Made by a program: the position numbers and the translations under genes. A stretch of DNA of 64,000 nucleotides, taken from Clostridium sp. Its GTDB lineage: Bacteria > Bacillota > Clostridia > Lachnospirales > Lachnospiraceae. How positions within the stretch are numbered: the stretch's first letter is position 1; each line of letters opens with the position of its first letter. Where the stretch lies: NCBI GenBank assembly GCA_031275405.1, contig JAISOV010000022.1, positions 135 to 64,134 on the forward strand, in the 5' to 3' direction. Of this stretch, positions 9,576 through 19,537 are shown piece after piece. Below the pieces are notes generated by a model. It saw only the letters and a list, made by a program, of their open reading frames with translations. It was not told the origin of the DNA and did no database searches.

Positions 9576-10466
9576 CTATGCTTTCTCTTTCCGCAGGTGT
9601 ACATCCAGCTGCGGAAAGGGGATCGCGATACCCGCTTCGTCCAAAGTATATTTGATGTTTTCCGTGAGCCGCCACTTCCCTTCCCAGTAGTCTTCCTTAT
9701 CCAGCCAGCACCTCACGTTCAGCCGGACGCAGGAATCGGCAAGCTCGCTCACGAAGACCCGGATCTCCCGATCCTGCCTGACGGCTTCGTCTTTTTCCAG
9801 AAGCCTTCCGAGAACCGTCTTAGCCAGGCGCAGATCGGAATCATAGGACACGCTGACAGGAATATCCAGCCTGCGCATATCCGCCACCGTAACATTGATC
9901 AGGCTGTGGTTCGACAGGTTTCCGTTCGGCAGGACGACGACCCGATTGTCGATCGTCACCAGCTTCGTGTAGAACATCTGAACCTCTTCCACCGTTCCTT
10001 CATGCCCGGACTCGCTGATAATATAGTCGCCCACCGTAAACGGGCGCAGGATCAGAAGCAGCACACCCCCAGCCAGATTGGACAGGCTGCCCTGCACCGC
10101 AAGTCCGATCGCCACGCCCACAGAGCCGATCACCGCCACGATTCCAGCGGCATCCACTCCCAAAGAGGCCGCGATCAGAAACAGCAGGAGCAGATACAGC
10201 ACCGACTTCACAAAAGAATCCACGAAGCCCATGACGCCTTTATCCGCTTTCGCCCTCTGCATGGACTTGCGCGTAATTTTCCGGATCATCTTGATGATCT
10301 GTACGCCAAGCAGGAAAAATAAGAACGCCAGCACAATACGGATTCCGATCCCCAGCGCTTTCTGCGGCAGTTCCTCCAGAAACTGCTTGATGACGTCCGG
10401 CTTCACCTCCCCCACAGGAGAACCTTCGGTAATCTCATGCACGATGTCAGTCACGATCTCTTGCAT
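9576..10466 (-). CDS. small-conductance mechanosensitive channel (MscS family)
   Basis: TM helices are followed by the MscS beta-domain block GGVLLLILRPFTVGDYIISESGHEGTVEEVQMFYTKLVTIDNRVVVLPNGNLS. The start is uncertain; I chose the ATG at 10466 (MQEIVTD). Confidence 0.85.
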   Translation of the reverse strand: MQEIVTDIVHEITEGSPVGEVKPDVIKQFLEELPQKALGIGIRIVLAFLFFLLGVQIIKMIRKITRKSMQRAKADKGVMGFVDSFVKSVLYLLLLFLIAASLGVDAAGIVAVIGSVGVAIGLAVQGSLSNLAGGVLLLILRPFTVGDYIISESGHEGTVEEVQMFYTKLVTIDNRVVVLPNGNLSNHSLINVTVADMRRLDIPVSVSYDSDLRLAKTVLGRLLEKDEAVRQDREIRVFVSELADSCVRLNVRCWLDKEDYWEGKWRLTENIKYTLDEAGIAIPFPQLDVHLRKEKA

Positions 10467-10663
10467 GGCGCCGCCTTTGTTGCTTTTCAAAACCGTCGCA
10501 GAACATAAAATTCCCATCCCAATACTCATTCCTTTCATTCTGTCGCAGACAATACGTACCGAGCTTCCGTCCAAATCATGCAGGCCATAGCCGTCTTACG
10601 ACTTCCGCCCGGCACAGGCGCGTCATCCGGACTGTCGCCCAGACCATGAAGGGCGTGGCTTTT

Positions 10664-13147
10664 TCATGTCTCTCGCACTTTGTCTTTCACGAGCGCCCGT
10701 TTCCGGATCCGCTGTTCAATGACCTTCGCCAGTTCCCCTTCCGTATAGGGTACCACCCGGAAGACCGCCGCCGACAGCGGCGCCATCTGTACGCGGATGG
10801 ACTGGGGGCGGGCGTTCCATCCCAGGTCTTCCGCTTTCTTGGCCCGGCTGTTGGTGATTCCGCTTCCACCGTACTTCTTATCGTCCGTATTCAGGATCTC
10901 TTTGTATTTGCTTTCATAAGGGACGCCCACGGTGAGAGTCTGTCCGATGCCCGCGAAATTGGCGACGACCAGCAGAGTGTCCTCCGGCTTGTCGCCTTTG
11001 CGCAGATACGCAAGGTAACATTTCTCGCCGGAGATCGCGTTGATCCATTCAAAGCCCTCCGGCTCCCCGTCCAGTTCCGTCAGCGCTTTCTGCTTACGGT
11101 AGAGGTGATTCAGATCTTTCACCAGTCTTGCCACCCCGGCATGTTCCGGCACTTTCGCCAGCTCCCATTCCACCAGGCGGTTCTCGTTCCACTCGTCAAA
11201 CTCCGCCAGATCCTGCCCCATGAACAGCAGCTTCTTTCCGGGATGGGTCATCAGATAGGCGTAAGTCAGGCGCAGATTCGCAAATTTCGCCTTCCTGTCG
11301 CCAGGCATCTTCCCGATCAGGGTTGCCTTTCCATGCACTACCTCGTCATGGGAAAATACCAGGATGAATTTTTCGCTGTAAGCATAAATCAGACTGAACG
11401 TCAGTTCCCCATGGTGATGGCTCCGGAAATAGGGATCGTAGCGGATATAGTTCAGGTAGTCGTTCATGAAGCCCATGTTCCATTTCAAGTCAAAGCCCAG
11501 CCCACCTTTTTCTAAGTCTTCGGTAATCCGTGGGAACGCCGTGCTTTCCTCCGCAATCGTCAGCACGTAGGGATTGCGTTTTTTCAGAATGGAGTTGGCG
11601 TGCCGGATAAACTCCATGGCCTCCAGATTCTCGTTCCCGCCGTAGAGATTCGCCACCCACTGCCCGTCTCCTTTGCCGTAATCCAGATACAGCATACTTG
11701 CCACGGCATCCATGCGGATGGCGTCGGCATGGTATTTTTCCACCCAGAACAGCAGATTGGCAATGAGATAGTTTGCGACTTCCGGACGGCCGTAATTGTA
11801 AATCATGGTTCCCCAATGCGGATGGCAGCCCTGTCTGGGATCCTGATGTTCATAAAGGCAGGTGCCGTCAAAGTGGGACAGCCCGTAGACATCCCTCGGA
11901 AAATGCGCCGGAACCCAGTCTAAGATCACGCCGATCCCCGCCTTGTGCAGTTCGTTCACAAAATACATGAAATCCTGCGGCGTACCGTAACGGGCGGTGG
12001 GCGCGTAGTAGCCGATCACCTGGTAGCCCCAGGAAGCGTCCAAGGGATGCTCCATCACAGGCAGCAGCTCCACATGGGTATAGCCCATTTCTTTGACATA
12101 GGCAATCACTTCCGGCGCAATCTCCCGGTAGCTGGCGTAGTCCTCCCCCGGCGCCGGGTCGGTAAAGGAGCCAAGGTACATTTCATACACGCTGACCGGA
12201 GCGTTCCCCGTCTGGAAAGCCTTGCGGTTCCGGAGAAACGTTTCGTCTTCCCATACAAAATCGGTCAGGTCGGTGATCACCGAAGCCGTCTCCGGGCGTT
12301 TCTGCGCCGCGTTGCCGTAAGGATCCGCTTTCAGGTAAACCAGTCCGCTCTTAAGCTTGATTTCATATTTGTAATTGGCCCCCGCCGCCGCTCGGGGGAG
12401 GAAGAGTTCAAAAATGCCGGAATCCCATAGGCGGCGCATCTGGTGGATCCGCCCGTCCCAATGGTTGAAATCCCCGACTACGCTGATACGCAGGGCATTG
12501 GGCGCCCAAAGGGCAAAATAGGTGCCGCTTTCCCCGTCCAGAGTACAGGGATGAGCCCCTAGCTTTTCATAGATGGTGTAATGGATGCCGTTCCTGAATT
12601 TTTCCGTATCCTGGCGGGTAAGCAGGGGCGCGTGGCGGTAGGGGTCGCTCACCGTTTCGCGGCGTCCGTCTCCGTAGGAGACCACATAGCGGTAAGAAAG
12701 CGGCTTGGAACTTCCGGCAGCGTAAAAATCCCCGCCGGGAATCAGCGCGGCAAAGAAACCGGCTTCGTCCGCCATCTCCATTTCGATTCCCGTCCCGGCG
12801 TCCGAACCGGCCTGCGACACGTCTCTCGCAGCTCCTATCCCGGCAGCGGGATCAGCCCGCGTCACGATTCCTGCCCCGGCGTCCGAACCGGCCTGCGTCC
12901 GGTATCCGGATACGGACGTGTCCGCTGACCGGCCTGAAGTATCCGCCGCCGGATCAGGGGTTCCTGTTGCGGGGCCAAGCTGTACGCTCACGCACCGCGC
13001 ACCGGGAAAATATGCCTGTAGCAGCACCTGTTTCCCCGCCTTATGCGGCCCGAGGATCTCATGAGGATTGTCGCACTCGGAATAGACGATTTCTTCCACT
13101 TTCGCCCAGTTGATTCGTTTGTATAGTTTCTTATTCATACCTTTCAT
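10664..13147 (-). CDS. glgB: 1,4-alpha-glucan branching enzyme
   Basis: GH13 branching-enzyme blocks are present: GYTHVELLPVMEHP, WGYQVIGYYAPT, GVILDWVPAHF, DAIRMDAVASMLY, TIAEEST and FSHDEVVHGK. AAGGAG lies upstream of the ATG at 13147. Confidence 0.95.
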   Translation of the reverse strand: MKGMNKKLYKRINWAKVEEIVYSECDNPHEILGPHKAGKQVLLQAYFPGARCVSVQLGPATGTPDPAADTSGRSADTSVSGYRTQAGSDAGAGIVTRADPAAGIGAARDVSQAGSDAGTGIEMEMADEAGFFAALIPGGDFYAAGSSKPLSYRYVVSYGDGRRETVSDPYRHAPLLTRQDTEKFRNGIHYTIYEKLGAHPCTLDGESGTYFALWAPNALRISVVGDFNHWDGRIHQMRRLWDSGIFELFLPRAAAGANYKYEIKLKSGLVYLKADPYGNAAQKRPETASVITDLTDFVWEDETFLRNRKAFQTGNAPVSVYEMYLGSFTDPAPGEDYASYREIAPEVIAYVKEMGYTHVELLPVMEHPLDASWGYQVIGYYAPTARYGTPQDFMYFVNELHKAGIGVILDWVPAHFPRDVYGLSHFDGTCLYEHQDPRQGCHPHWGTMIYNYGRPEVANYLIANLLFWVEKYHADAIRMDAVASMLYLDYGKGDGQWVANLYGGNENLEAMEFIRHANSILKKRNPYVLTIAEESTAFPRITEDLEKGGLGFDLKWNMGFMNDYLNYIRYDPYFRSHHHGELTFSLIYAYSEKFILVFSHDEVVHGKATLIGKMPGDRKAKFANLRLTYAYLMTHPGKKLLFMGQDLAEFDEWNENRLVEWELAKVPEHAGVARLVKDLNHLYRKQKALTELDGEPEGFEWINAISGEKCYLAYLRKGDKPEDTLLVVANFAGIGQTLTVGVPYESKYKEILNTDDKKYGGSGITNSRAKKAEDLGWNARPQSIRVQMAPLSAAVFRVVPYTEGELAKVIEQRIRKRALVKDKVRET
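12785..12897. repeat. 81-bp-spaced in-frame internal duplication inside glgB
   Basis: gattcccgtcccggcgtccgaaccggcctgcg (12785-12816) recurs as gattcctgccccggcgtccgaaccggcctgcg (12866-12897). The offset is 81 bp, or 27 codons. The region encodes the repeated QAGSDAG(A/T)GI peptide. Confidence 0.8.
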
Positions 13148-13404
13148 CTATCTCCTTCATACGTCTCCTTCCTAGTTTACACCTTTTGTATTCTTGCCCG
13201 TTTCACCGGACATCCATTCCATATTGGAAAGCGTTCTTCGCAGCTGCGGTTTTTTCACATGTTTGCTCCCATCCGCCCGCTTCGGTCCGGAAAGTGTCTT
13301 AGCGGACATACCAATCCGGGAGACCGAAAGCTTCTTTCAGCCTTTCACGCCCGACTCCCGCGATACCCGATGGCACCGTAGCCTTTCGCATTTAGGAACG
13401 TCCC

Positions 13405-14667
13405 TTAAATCCCATGGATCAGCAGGCCGCTGCGCAGTTTCGGCTCGAACCAGGTAGATTTGGGCGGCATCAGCTTCCCTGCCTCCGCCACGGCAAACAG
13501 TTCCCCGATAGAGGTCGGGTACAGGGAAAAAGCCGCTGCCATATCCGTATGTACCCGGCGTTCCAGTTCCTCCAGTCCCCGTATGCCGCCTACAAAGTCG
13601 ATCCGCTTGTCCGTCTTGGGATCCTCGATCCCCAAGACAGGACGCAGAAGATCCTCCTGCAAAACGGAAACATCCAGTCCCGCCACCACATCCTCACGCC
13701 GGAACGTTTCCCGCGCCGTCAGCTCATACCATCTGCCTTTCCGATCCCGCGGCGCGGACGGCTGTCTTAAATACATGCCGAACGTTCCTTTCCGGAAGGG
13801 GCGGTACGGCTGGTTTCCCGCTTCCCGGACTTCAAAATTTCTCTCCACCCTCCGCAGAAACTCCTGTACCGAGTAGCCGTTCAGATCTTTCACTACCCGG
13901 TTATAATCGAGAATCCGCAGTTCTTCCCCCGGAAACAGCACCGCGAGGAAAAAATTGAACTCGCTGTCCGGAGAGCTTTGAGGCTGCCGCGCTCTCCTTT
14001 TCAGCCCCACTTTTACGGCGGAAGCACAGCGGTGGTGTCCGTCCGCGATATAGATCGAGGATATTTCCTCAAAGGCTTCCCGGATCCCCTCGATCTGTTC
14101 CGTTTCCCGGATGACCCATACTTTGTGGAGGATCCCGTCCTCGGTCGCAAAATCATAGACAGGCTTCCTAAGCTTCGTCTCCGCCGTGATCCGTTTTAAC
14201 TGCGGATGGCCCGCATACGCCAGAAAAATAGGGCCTGTCTGGGCACCGCAGGCATCCACATGCCGGATACGATCCTCTTCTTTCTCCACACGGGTACTTT
14301 CGTGCTTTTTCACCACCTGCCGCTCATAGTCGTCAATGGAAACACAGGCCGCAATGCCGCTCTGGCTCCTGCCGTCCATGACCTGTTCGTAAAGATAGTA
14401 ACAGGGCGTTTCCTCCTGGAGGAAAATCCCCTCCCGGATCTGTCTCCAGAGCAGCTCCTTCGCTTTGGCGTAGACCTCGGGAGCGTAGGCGTCCACATCC
14501 GCGCCGAACTGCGTTTCCGCCCGGTCAATCGCCAGAAAGGAACGGGGATTTTCCGTTACGATTTTCTGTGCTTCCGCACGGTCATACACGTCATAGGGCA
14601 GAGCCGCCACTTGCGCCTCCATACCGTTCCTAGGCCGGTAAGCCCGAAAAGGTCTAATATCCGCCAT
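13405..14667 (-). CDS. DUF1015 family protein
   Basis: The N-terminus MADIRPFRAYRP...ALPYDVYD, the internal YIADGHHR and the ~420-aa length match my recollection of DUF1015. The start was trimmed to the ATG at 14667. Confidence 0.8.
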   Translation of the reverse strand: MADIRPFRAYRPRNGMEAQVAALPYDVYDRAEAQKIVTENPRSFLAIDRAETQFGADVDAYAPEVYAKAKELLWRQIREGIFLQEETPCYYLYEQVMDGRSQSGIAACVSIDDYERQVVKKHESTRVEKEEDRIRHVDACGAQTGPIFLAYAGHPQLKRITAETKLRKPVYDFATEDGILHKVWVIRETEQIEGIREAFEEISSIYIADGHHRCASAVKVGLKRRARQPQSSPDSEFNFFLAVLFPGEELRILDYNRVVKDLNGYSVQEFLRRVERNFEVREAGNQPYRPFRKGTFGMYLRQPSAPRDRKGRWYELTARETFRREDVVAGLDVSVLQEDLLRPVLGIEDPKTDKRIDFVGGIRGLEELERRVHTDMAAAFSLYPTSIGELFAVAEAGKLMPPKSTWFEPKLRSGLLIHGI

Positions 14668-14945
14668 GTTCTTCTTCCTCTCTTGTCTGTCTTTCCGAAT
14701 CAAGCGAAAGGTTTGATCCGTCTTTCGCGTAACCGAAGACAGATAACATTCCCCGTCTGAAAGCTCGCAGGCTGATTCCAGATAGTGCTATTTTATCAAA
14801 GGTTGCTGTACAACTCAAGCATCTGATGTTAAAATATTTCTGAAAAGATTCCGGATAAGATCTTTCTGGAAAGATCTTATCCGGAAAGGGAGTTGGGAAC
14901 AGAAGATTCCCGGAGCAGAAGATGCTCGGAAAAGGAGGTCTCGCC

Positions 14946-15212
14946 ATGACCGAAGAACAGAAACAGATCTTAAAGCGTATCCAAGACTATGCCGAAGCGC
15001 ATTTGGGAGAAATCGAGCCGCAGAAAGTCCCGGTATCCGCACAGCTCCAGACGCTCCGCCCCGTCATGCAGCAGATCGCCGCCGAGAGGAGCCAGAGCCT
15101 GGAAGAAGTGTTCATCTTATATATGGATCTGCAGAGCGAAGCTTCCTGTCAGGCGGAGCGGAAGCTGCAGGAAGAATTCAGAAACTGTTACGGAATCCAT
15201 TCGACATCTTAG
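14946..15212 (+). CDS. hypothetical small protein (88 aa)
   Basis: The ATG at 14946 is preceded by ggaaaaggaggt with 8-nt spacing. The protein looks helical and charged (MTEEQKQILKRIQDYAEAHLGEIEP...). I did not recognise a family. Confidence 0.5.
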   Translation: MTEEQKQILKRIQDYAEAHLGEIEPQKVPVSAQLQTLRPVMQQIAAERSQSLEEVFILYMDLQSEASCQAERKLQEEFRNCYGIHSTS

Positions 15213-15326
15213 CCGCTTGCTTTTTCCAGTATTTTATCGCAAAAGCTTAGATAGCCCACTATGCACGTTTTTTGCTCTTTGTCTTGAAAGAGTTTTATGT
15301 GAAACAGAATCAGCAGGAAAAGAGAT

Positions 15327-15352
15327 GTGGCCGTCCAGAAAGCCACGGCCAC
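15327..15352 (-). terminator. candidate intrinsic terminator of serA
   Basis: gtggccgt and acggccac form an 8-bp stem with a 10-nt loop. The hairpin lies 24 nt after the serA stop. On the minus strand it is followed by AUCUCUUUUCC. Confidence 0.45.
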
Positions 15353-15375
15353 ACTCCTGCGCGAACTCCCTCTCC

Positions 15376-16539
15376 TTATTTGATGATCCGTACCCGGAAC
15401 ACGTCTCTGACCGCGCGGAGCCTCTCCATGATCTCCGGGGAGGGCAGAGTTTCCACGTCCAGCATGGTGTATGCCACCTCTCCCCTTGACTTATTGGTCA
15501 TGTCGCTGATGTTGATCCCGGCATCGCCGAAACAGAGCGTGAACTTGGTGATCATATTGGGGATATTCTTATGGAAAACAGCCACGCGCCCCGCCTGGGT
15601 GCAGACCCCCATGTCACAGCTTGGATAGTTCACGCTGTTGCGGATGTTCCCGTTCTGCAGATAGTCCATAAGCTCCCGTACCGCCATTTCGGCGCAGTTG
15701 TCCTCGGATTCCTCCGTGCTTGCGCCCAGATGGGGGATCACGATACAGCCCGGCGTTCCGGCGACGAGCGGATTGGGGAAGTCCGTCACATACCGGCGGA
15801 CTTTTCCGCTCCGGATCCCTTCCAGCATGTCTGCTTCGTTGACCAGCAGATCCCTGGAAAAATTCAGCAGGATCACGCCGTCTTTCATCTTCGCGATGGT
15901 CTCCGAGCAGATCATGCCTCTGGTGGAAGCCAGCAGAGGAACATGCACGGTGATAAAGTCGCATTGTCTGTAAATATCTTCCACTTCTAATACGTGCTTC
16001 ACGTCCCGGCTCAGATTCCAGGCCGCGCTGACGGAAAGATAAGGGTCATATCCATAGACTTCCATCCCTAGGTGCCTTGCCACGTTGGCGAGCCTGCCGC
16101 CGATAGCGCCCAGGCCGATGATCCCAAGCTTTTTCCCGGCGATCTCGGTTCCGGCGAACCTCTTCTTTTCCTGTTCCGCCAGTCTCGCGACGTCGGCCTT
16201 CCCTGCCGCCGACTTCACCCATTCGATCCCTCCGGCAATGTCGCGGGCCGCCAGAAGCATTCCGGCGATGGCCAGTTCCTTGACGCCGTTGGCGTTGGCT
16301 CCGGGGGTATTGAAGACCACGATCCCTTTGGACGCGCATTTTTCGACCGGGATGTTATTGTACCCGGCCCCCGCCCGCGCCACGGCAAGCAAAGTATCCG
16401 GCAGCTCCATTTCATGCATGGAAGCGCTGCGCACCAAGATCGCGTCGGCCTCTTCCCAGGCTTGCGTCAGTGCAAAATCTTTTGTAAGCTGACCCAGACC
16501 TATCTGCGAGATCGGATTCAAACAGCTGATCTGAAACAT
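15376..16539 (-). CDS. serA: D-3-phosphoglycerate dehydrogenase (with C-terminal ACT-like domain)
   Basis: It has the 2-hydroxyacid dehydrogenase fold with NAD motif GIIGLGAIGGRLA, the blocks VFNTPGANANGVKE and HLGASTEES, and a C-terminal regulatory domain. It sits next to serC. The start was trimmed to the ATG at 16539 (MFQIS). Confidence 0.9.
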   Translation of the reverse strand: MFQISCLNPISQIGLGQLTKDFALTQAWEEADAILVRSASMHEMELPDTLLAVARAGAGYNNIPVEKCASKGIVVFNTPGANANGVKELAIAGMLLAARDIAGGIEWVKSAAGKADVARLAEQEKKRFAGTEIAGKKLGIIGLGAIGGRLANVARHLGMEVYGYDPYLSVSAAWNLSRDVKHVLEVEDIYRQCDFITVHVPLLASTRGMICSETIAKMKDGVILLNFSRDLLVNEADMLEGIRSGKVRRYVTDFPNPLVAGTPGCIVIPHLGASTEESEDNCAEMAVRELMDYLQNGNIRNSVNYPSCDMGVCTQAGRVAVFHKNIPNMITKFTLCFGDAGINISDMTNKSRGEVAYTMLDVETLPSPEIMERLRAVRDVFRVRIIK

Positions 16540-16642
16540 ATCGTCTTTCCTCCCTTTCGGAACGGTCGCGCGGCCGCTGGCACAGACGAGCGTCAGCGGA
16601 GCTTTTCCCCCGCTGACACAGGCAAGCTCCCATACCCGCCGC

Positions 16643-17752
16643 TTAGCGCTTCTCGTGCTGGAAGCGGGGGAACGCTGATCCGCGTTCAAACTCTTCCATG
16701 AACCGTACCAGTTCCTCCACGCCCTCTATCGGCATGGCGTTATAAACGCTGGCGCGCATACCGCCAACGCTCCTATGTCCTTTCAGCTCCACGAAACCGG
16801 CGGCCGTCGCTTCTTTGAGGAAGCGCGCGTCGGTGTCCGGATCCCCGGTCACGAAAGTCACGTTCATCAGGGATCGGTCTTCCCTGCGCGCCGTGCCGCA
16901 AAACAGCCTGCTCTGATCCAGATAATCATAAAGGACCGCGGCTTTCTTTGCATTGTATTCCTTCATCGCTTCCAGTCCGCCCCGTTTTTTCAGCCACCGG
17001 AACACCTTCCCGCAGATGTAGATGCCGTAGGCCGGGGGGGTATTGTACAGGGACGCGTTGTCCGCGTGGGTCTGGTAGCGCAGCATGGTGGGCGTGCCGG
17101 GCAGCACGTCCTGTGTGATCAGGTCTTCCCGGATAATGACGACCACCACCCCGGCCGGGCCGATGTTCTTCTGCGCTCCTCCGTAGACCACGCCGTACTT
17201 GGTCACGTCCATCGGCTCCGACAGGAAACAGCTGGACACATCCGACACGAGGGTCTTCCCCTTGGTATCGGGCAGGGTCTTGAATTTGGTTCCATATATG
17301 GTATTGTTTTCACAGATATACACGTAATCCGCGTCCGCGCTGACAGGCAGGTCGGAGCAGTCCGGTATGTAGGAAAAGGTCTTGTCTTCGGAAGTGGCGA
17401 TCTTATTCGCCTTGCCGTACAGGGCCGCTTCGCTGTAGGCCCTTTTTGCCCACTGCCCGGTCACGATATAGTCTGCCGAGCGGTTCTTCATCAGGTTCAT
17501 GGGGATCATGGCAAACTGCGTATGGGCGCCGCCTTGGAGGAACAGGACTTTATAGTTCCCCGGAATGCCCATCAGTTCCCGGAGGTCTTCCTCCGCCGTC
17601 CGGATGATCGTTTCATACGCCTTGGACCGGTGGCTCATCTCCATAACCGAGATGCCGCAGCCCCGGTAATCCAGCATTTCCCGCGCCGCTTCCGTTAAGA
17701 CTTCCTCCGGCAGCACCGCAGGGCCGGCCGAAAAATTATAGACTCTGGACAT
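16643..17752 (-). CDS. serC: 3-phosphoserine aminotransferase
   Basis: Recognised blocks are MSRVYNFSAGPAVLPEEVL, EMSHRSKAY, GGAQKNIGPAGVVVVIIR and GGMRASVYNAMP. The start was trimmed to the ATG at 17752. Confidence 0.95.
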   Translation of the reverse strand: MSRVYNFSAGPAVLPEEVLTEAAREMLDYRGCGISVMEMSHRSKAYETIIRTAEEDLRELMGIPGNYKVLFLQGGAHTQFAMIPMNLMKNRSADYIVTGQWAKRAYSEAALYGKANKIATSEDKTFSYIPDCSDLPVSADADYVYICENNTIYGTKFKTLPDTKGKTLVSDVSSCFLSEPMDVTKYGVVYGGAQKNIGPAGVVVVIIREDLITQDVLPGTPTMLRYQTHADNASLYNTPPAYGIYICGKVFRWLKKRGGLEAMKEYNAKKAAVLYDYLDQSRLFCGTARREDRSLMNVTFVTGDPDTDARFLKEATAAGFVELKGHRSVGGMRASVYNAMPIEGVEELVRFMEEFERGSAFPRFQHEKR

Positions 17753-17822
17753 TGTGACACCATCCTTTCTTACGGCACTTTCCTTCCTGCGACCGCAAAC
17801 GGCAGCCCTACACAAGGGCTTC

Positions 17823-19511
17823 TTACAGATCTTCCCCGTCGAACACTTCGCTGATCGACGCGCCCGCCGGAACCATCGGGAACACCTTGTCATCTTCCGG
17901 TATGATACATTCTATGACGACAGGGGCTTTTTGTGCAATGGCCGCTTCTATGGCGGGAGCCACTTCCTCCCGAGCCGTCACCCGGACAGCGTGGCAGCCC
18001 AGACCTTCCGCTACTTTGCAGAAATCCACCTGGTCCCGCAGGACGGTCTGGGAGTAACGCTTCCCGTAAAACAAGGTCTGCCACTGGCGCACCATGCCTA
18101 AGACATGGTTATTGATGATGACCTGGATAATCGGGATGTGGTAACGGCTGGCGGTCGCCAGCTCATTCATGTTCATCCGGAAGCACCCGTCTCCGGCGAT
18201 GTTGAAGCATAGCTTCTCCGGCCTTGCCACCTTCGCGCCGATACACGCCCCCAGTCCATAGCCCATGGTGCCTAAACCGCCGGAGGACAGGAACGTGCGT
18301 GGCTGGGTATAGCGGTAATACTGCGCCGCCCACATCTGGTGCTGTCCGACGTCCGTGGTGATCAGCGCCTCGCCGCCTGTGATACGGTCGATTTCTTCCA
18401 CGATATAGGGGCAGGAGAGGACGCTCCTGTCATAAGTCAGAGGATAACGCGTTTTCAGCTGCCCGATTTTTTCCATCCACTCCGGATGGCTCTGCCGGGG
18501 CAGCCGTCCGTTCAGCTGCCGCAGGACGGTTTTTAAGTCTCCGACCAGGGAAGCGTCCACGCGGACGTTCTTGTTGATTTCCGCCGGGTCTATGTCAATC
18601 TGGACGATCCTGGCGTTTTCCGCGAACCGTTTCGGGTTCCCGGTCACACGGTCGGAGAACCGCGCCCCCAGGGCAACCAGAAGGTCGCAGTCGCTGACTC
18701 CCAGATTGGAGGTCTTCGTTCCGTGCATCCCGATCATTCCGGTATAACGCGGGCTTTTTCCGTTAAACGCGCCTTTCCCCATCAGCGTGTCGCAGACCGG
18801 GGCATCCAGAAGATCGGCGAATTCTTCCACCTCCCGAGCCGCGCCGGAAATCACCGCGCCGCCGCCCAGATAGAGAAACGGCTTCCTGGACTGACGCAAG
18901 AGCTGCAGCACTTCTTCCAGCTGTGCCTGCGTATCGTTCTCCGGCAGCTTTTTTCCTCTGGACAGGGAACCTTCCGCAGGAACCTGCGGCGGCGGATCGT
19001 CCCATACCGCCGCCGTAACGTCTTTGGTAATATCCACCAGAACCGGGCCGGGCCGACCGCTGCCCGCGATCTGGAAGGCTTTCCGGAGCGTGGGCGCCAG
19101 TATTTTCACATCTTTCACGATAAAGCCGTGTTTCGTGATCGGCATGGTCACTCCGGCTATGTCCACCTCCTGAAAGCTGTCTTTCCCCAGCGCGGGGAGG
19201 TTCACGTTCGCGGTAATGCACACCATCGGCACCGAGTCCATATAGGCGGTGGCTATGCCTGTCACCAGATTGGTGGCTCCCGGCCCGCTGGTCGCCATGC
19301 AGACCCCCGTTTTCCCGGTCGCCCTGGCGTACCCGTCCGCCGCGTGCGCCGCGCCCTGCTCGTGAGAAGTCAGAATATGGGTGATCTCATCACTGTGCTG
19401 ATACAGGGCGTCATAAACATTCAGGATCGTGCCGCCCGGATAGCCAAACACCGTGTCTACTCCCTGTTCTTTCAGACACTCTATCACAATTTCCGCACCT
19501 GTCCGCTGCAT
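17823..19511 (-). CDS. ilvB: acetolactate synthase, large (catalytic) subunit
   Basis: It has ThDP-enzyme blocks: GAEIVIECLKEQGVDTVFGYPGG, ATSGPGATN and the ThDP motif GDGCFRMNMNELAT...NN. No ilvN-like small-subunit gene is adjacent. Confidence 0.9.
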   Translation of the reverse strand: MQRTGAEIVIECLKEQGVDTVFGYPGGTILNVYDALYQHSDEITHILTSHEQGAAHAADGYARATGKTGVCMATSGPGATNLVTGIATAYMDSVPMVCITANVNLPALGKDSFQEVDIAGVTMPITKHGFIVKDVKILAPTLRKAFQIAGSGRPGPVLVDITKDVTAAVWDDPPPQVPAEGSLSRGKKLPENDTQAQLEEVLQLLRQSRKPFLYLGGGAVISGAAREVEEFADLLDAPVCDTLMGKGAFNGKSPRYTGMIGMHGTKTSNLGVSDCDLLVALGARFSDRVTGNPKRFAENARIVQIDIDPAEINKNVRVDASLVGDLKTVLRQLNGRLPRQSHPEWMEKIGQLKTRYPLTYDRSVLSCPYIVEEIDRITGGEALITTDVGQHQMWAAQYYRYTQPRTFLSSGGLGTMGYGLGACIGAKVARPEKLCFNIAGDGCFRMNMNELATASRYHIPIIQVIINNHVLGMVRQWQTLFYGKRYSQTVLRDQVDFCKVAEGLGCHAVRVTAREEVAPAIEAAIAQKAPVVIECIIPEDDKVFPMVPAGASISEVFDGEDL

Positions 19512-19537
19512 ATCGACCGCGCTCCTATCCGCCCGTT

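Noticed and set aside
10646-11515. Long ORFs lie antisense to or overlap well-supported genes. Examples are 10646-11515, 16775-17698, 18723-20048, 20045-21343, 35075-36559, 40875-41798, 44376-45527, 47941-49110 and 55896-57071.
   Set aside because: They are shadow ORFs, typical of GC-rich DNA. Their translations are Arg/Pro/Gly/His-rich, they lack RBS support, and they lie opposite genes with unmistakable conserved motifs.
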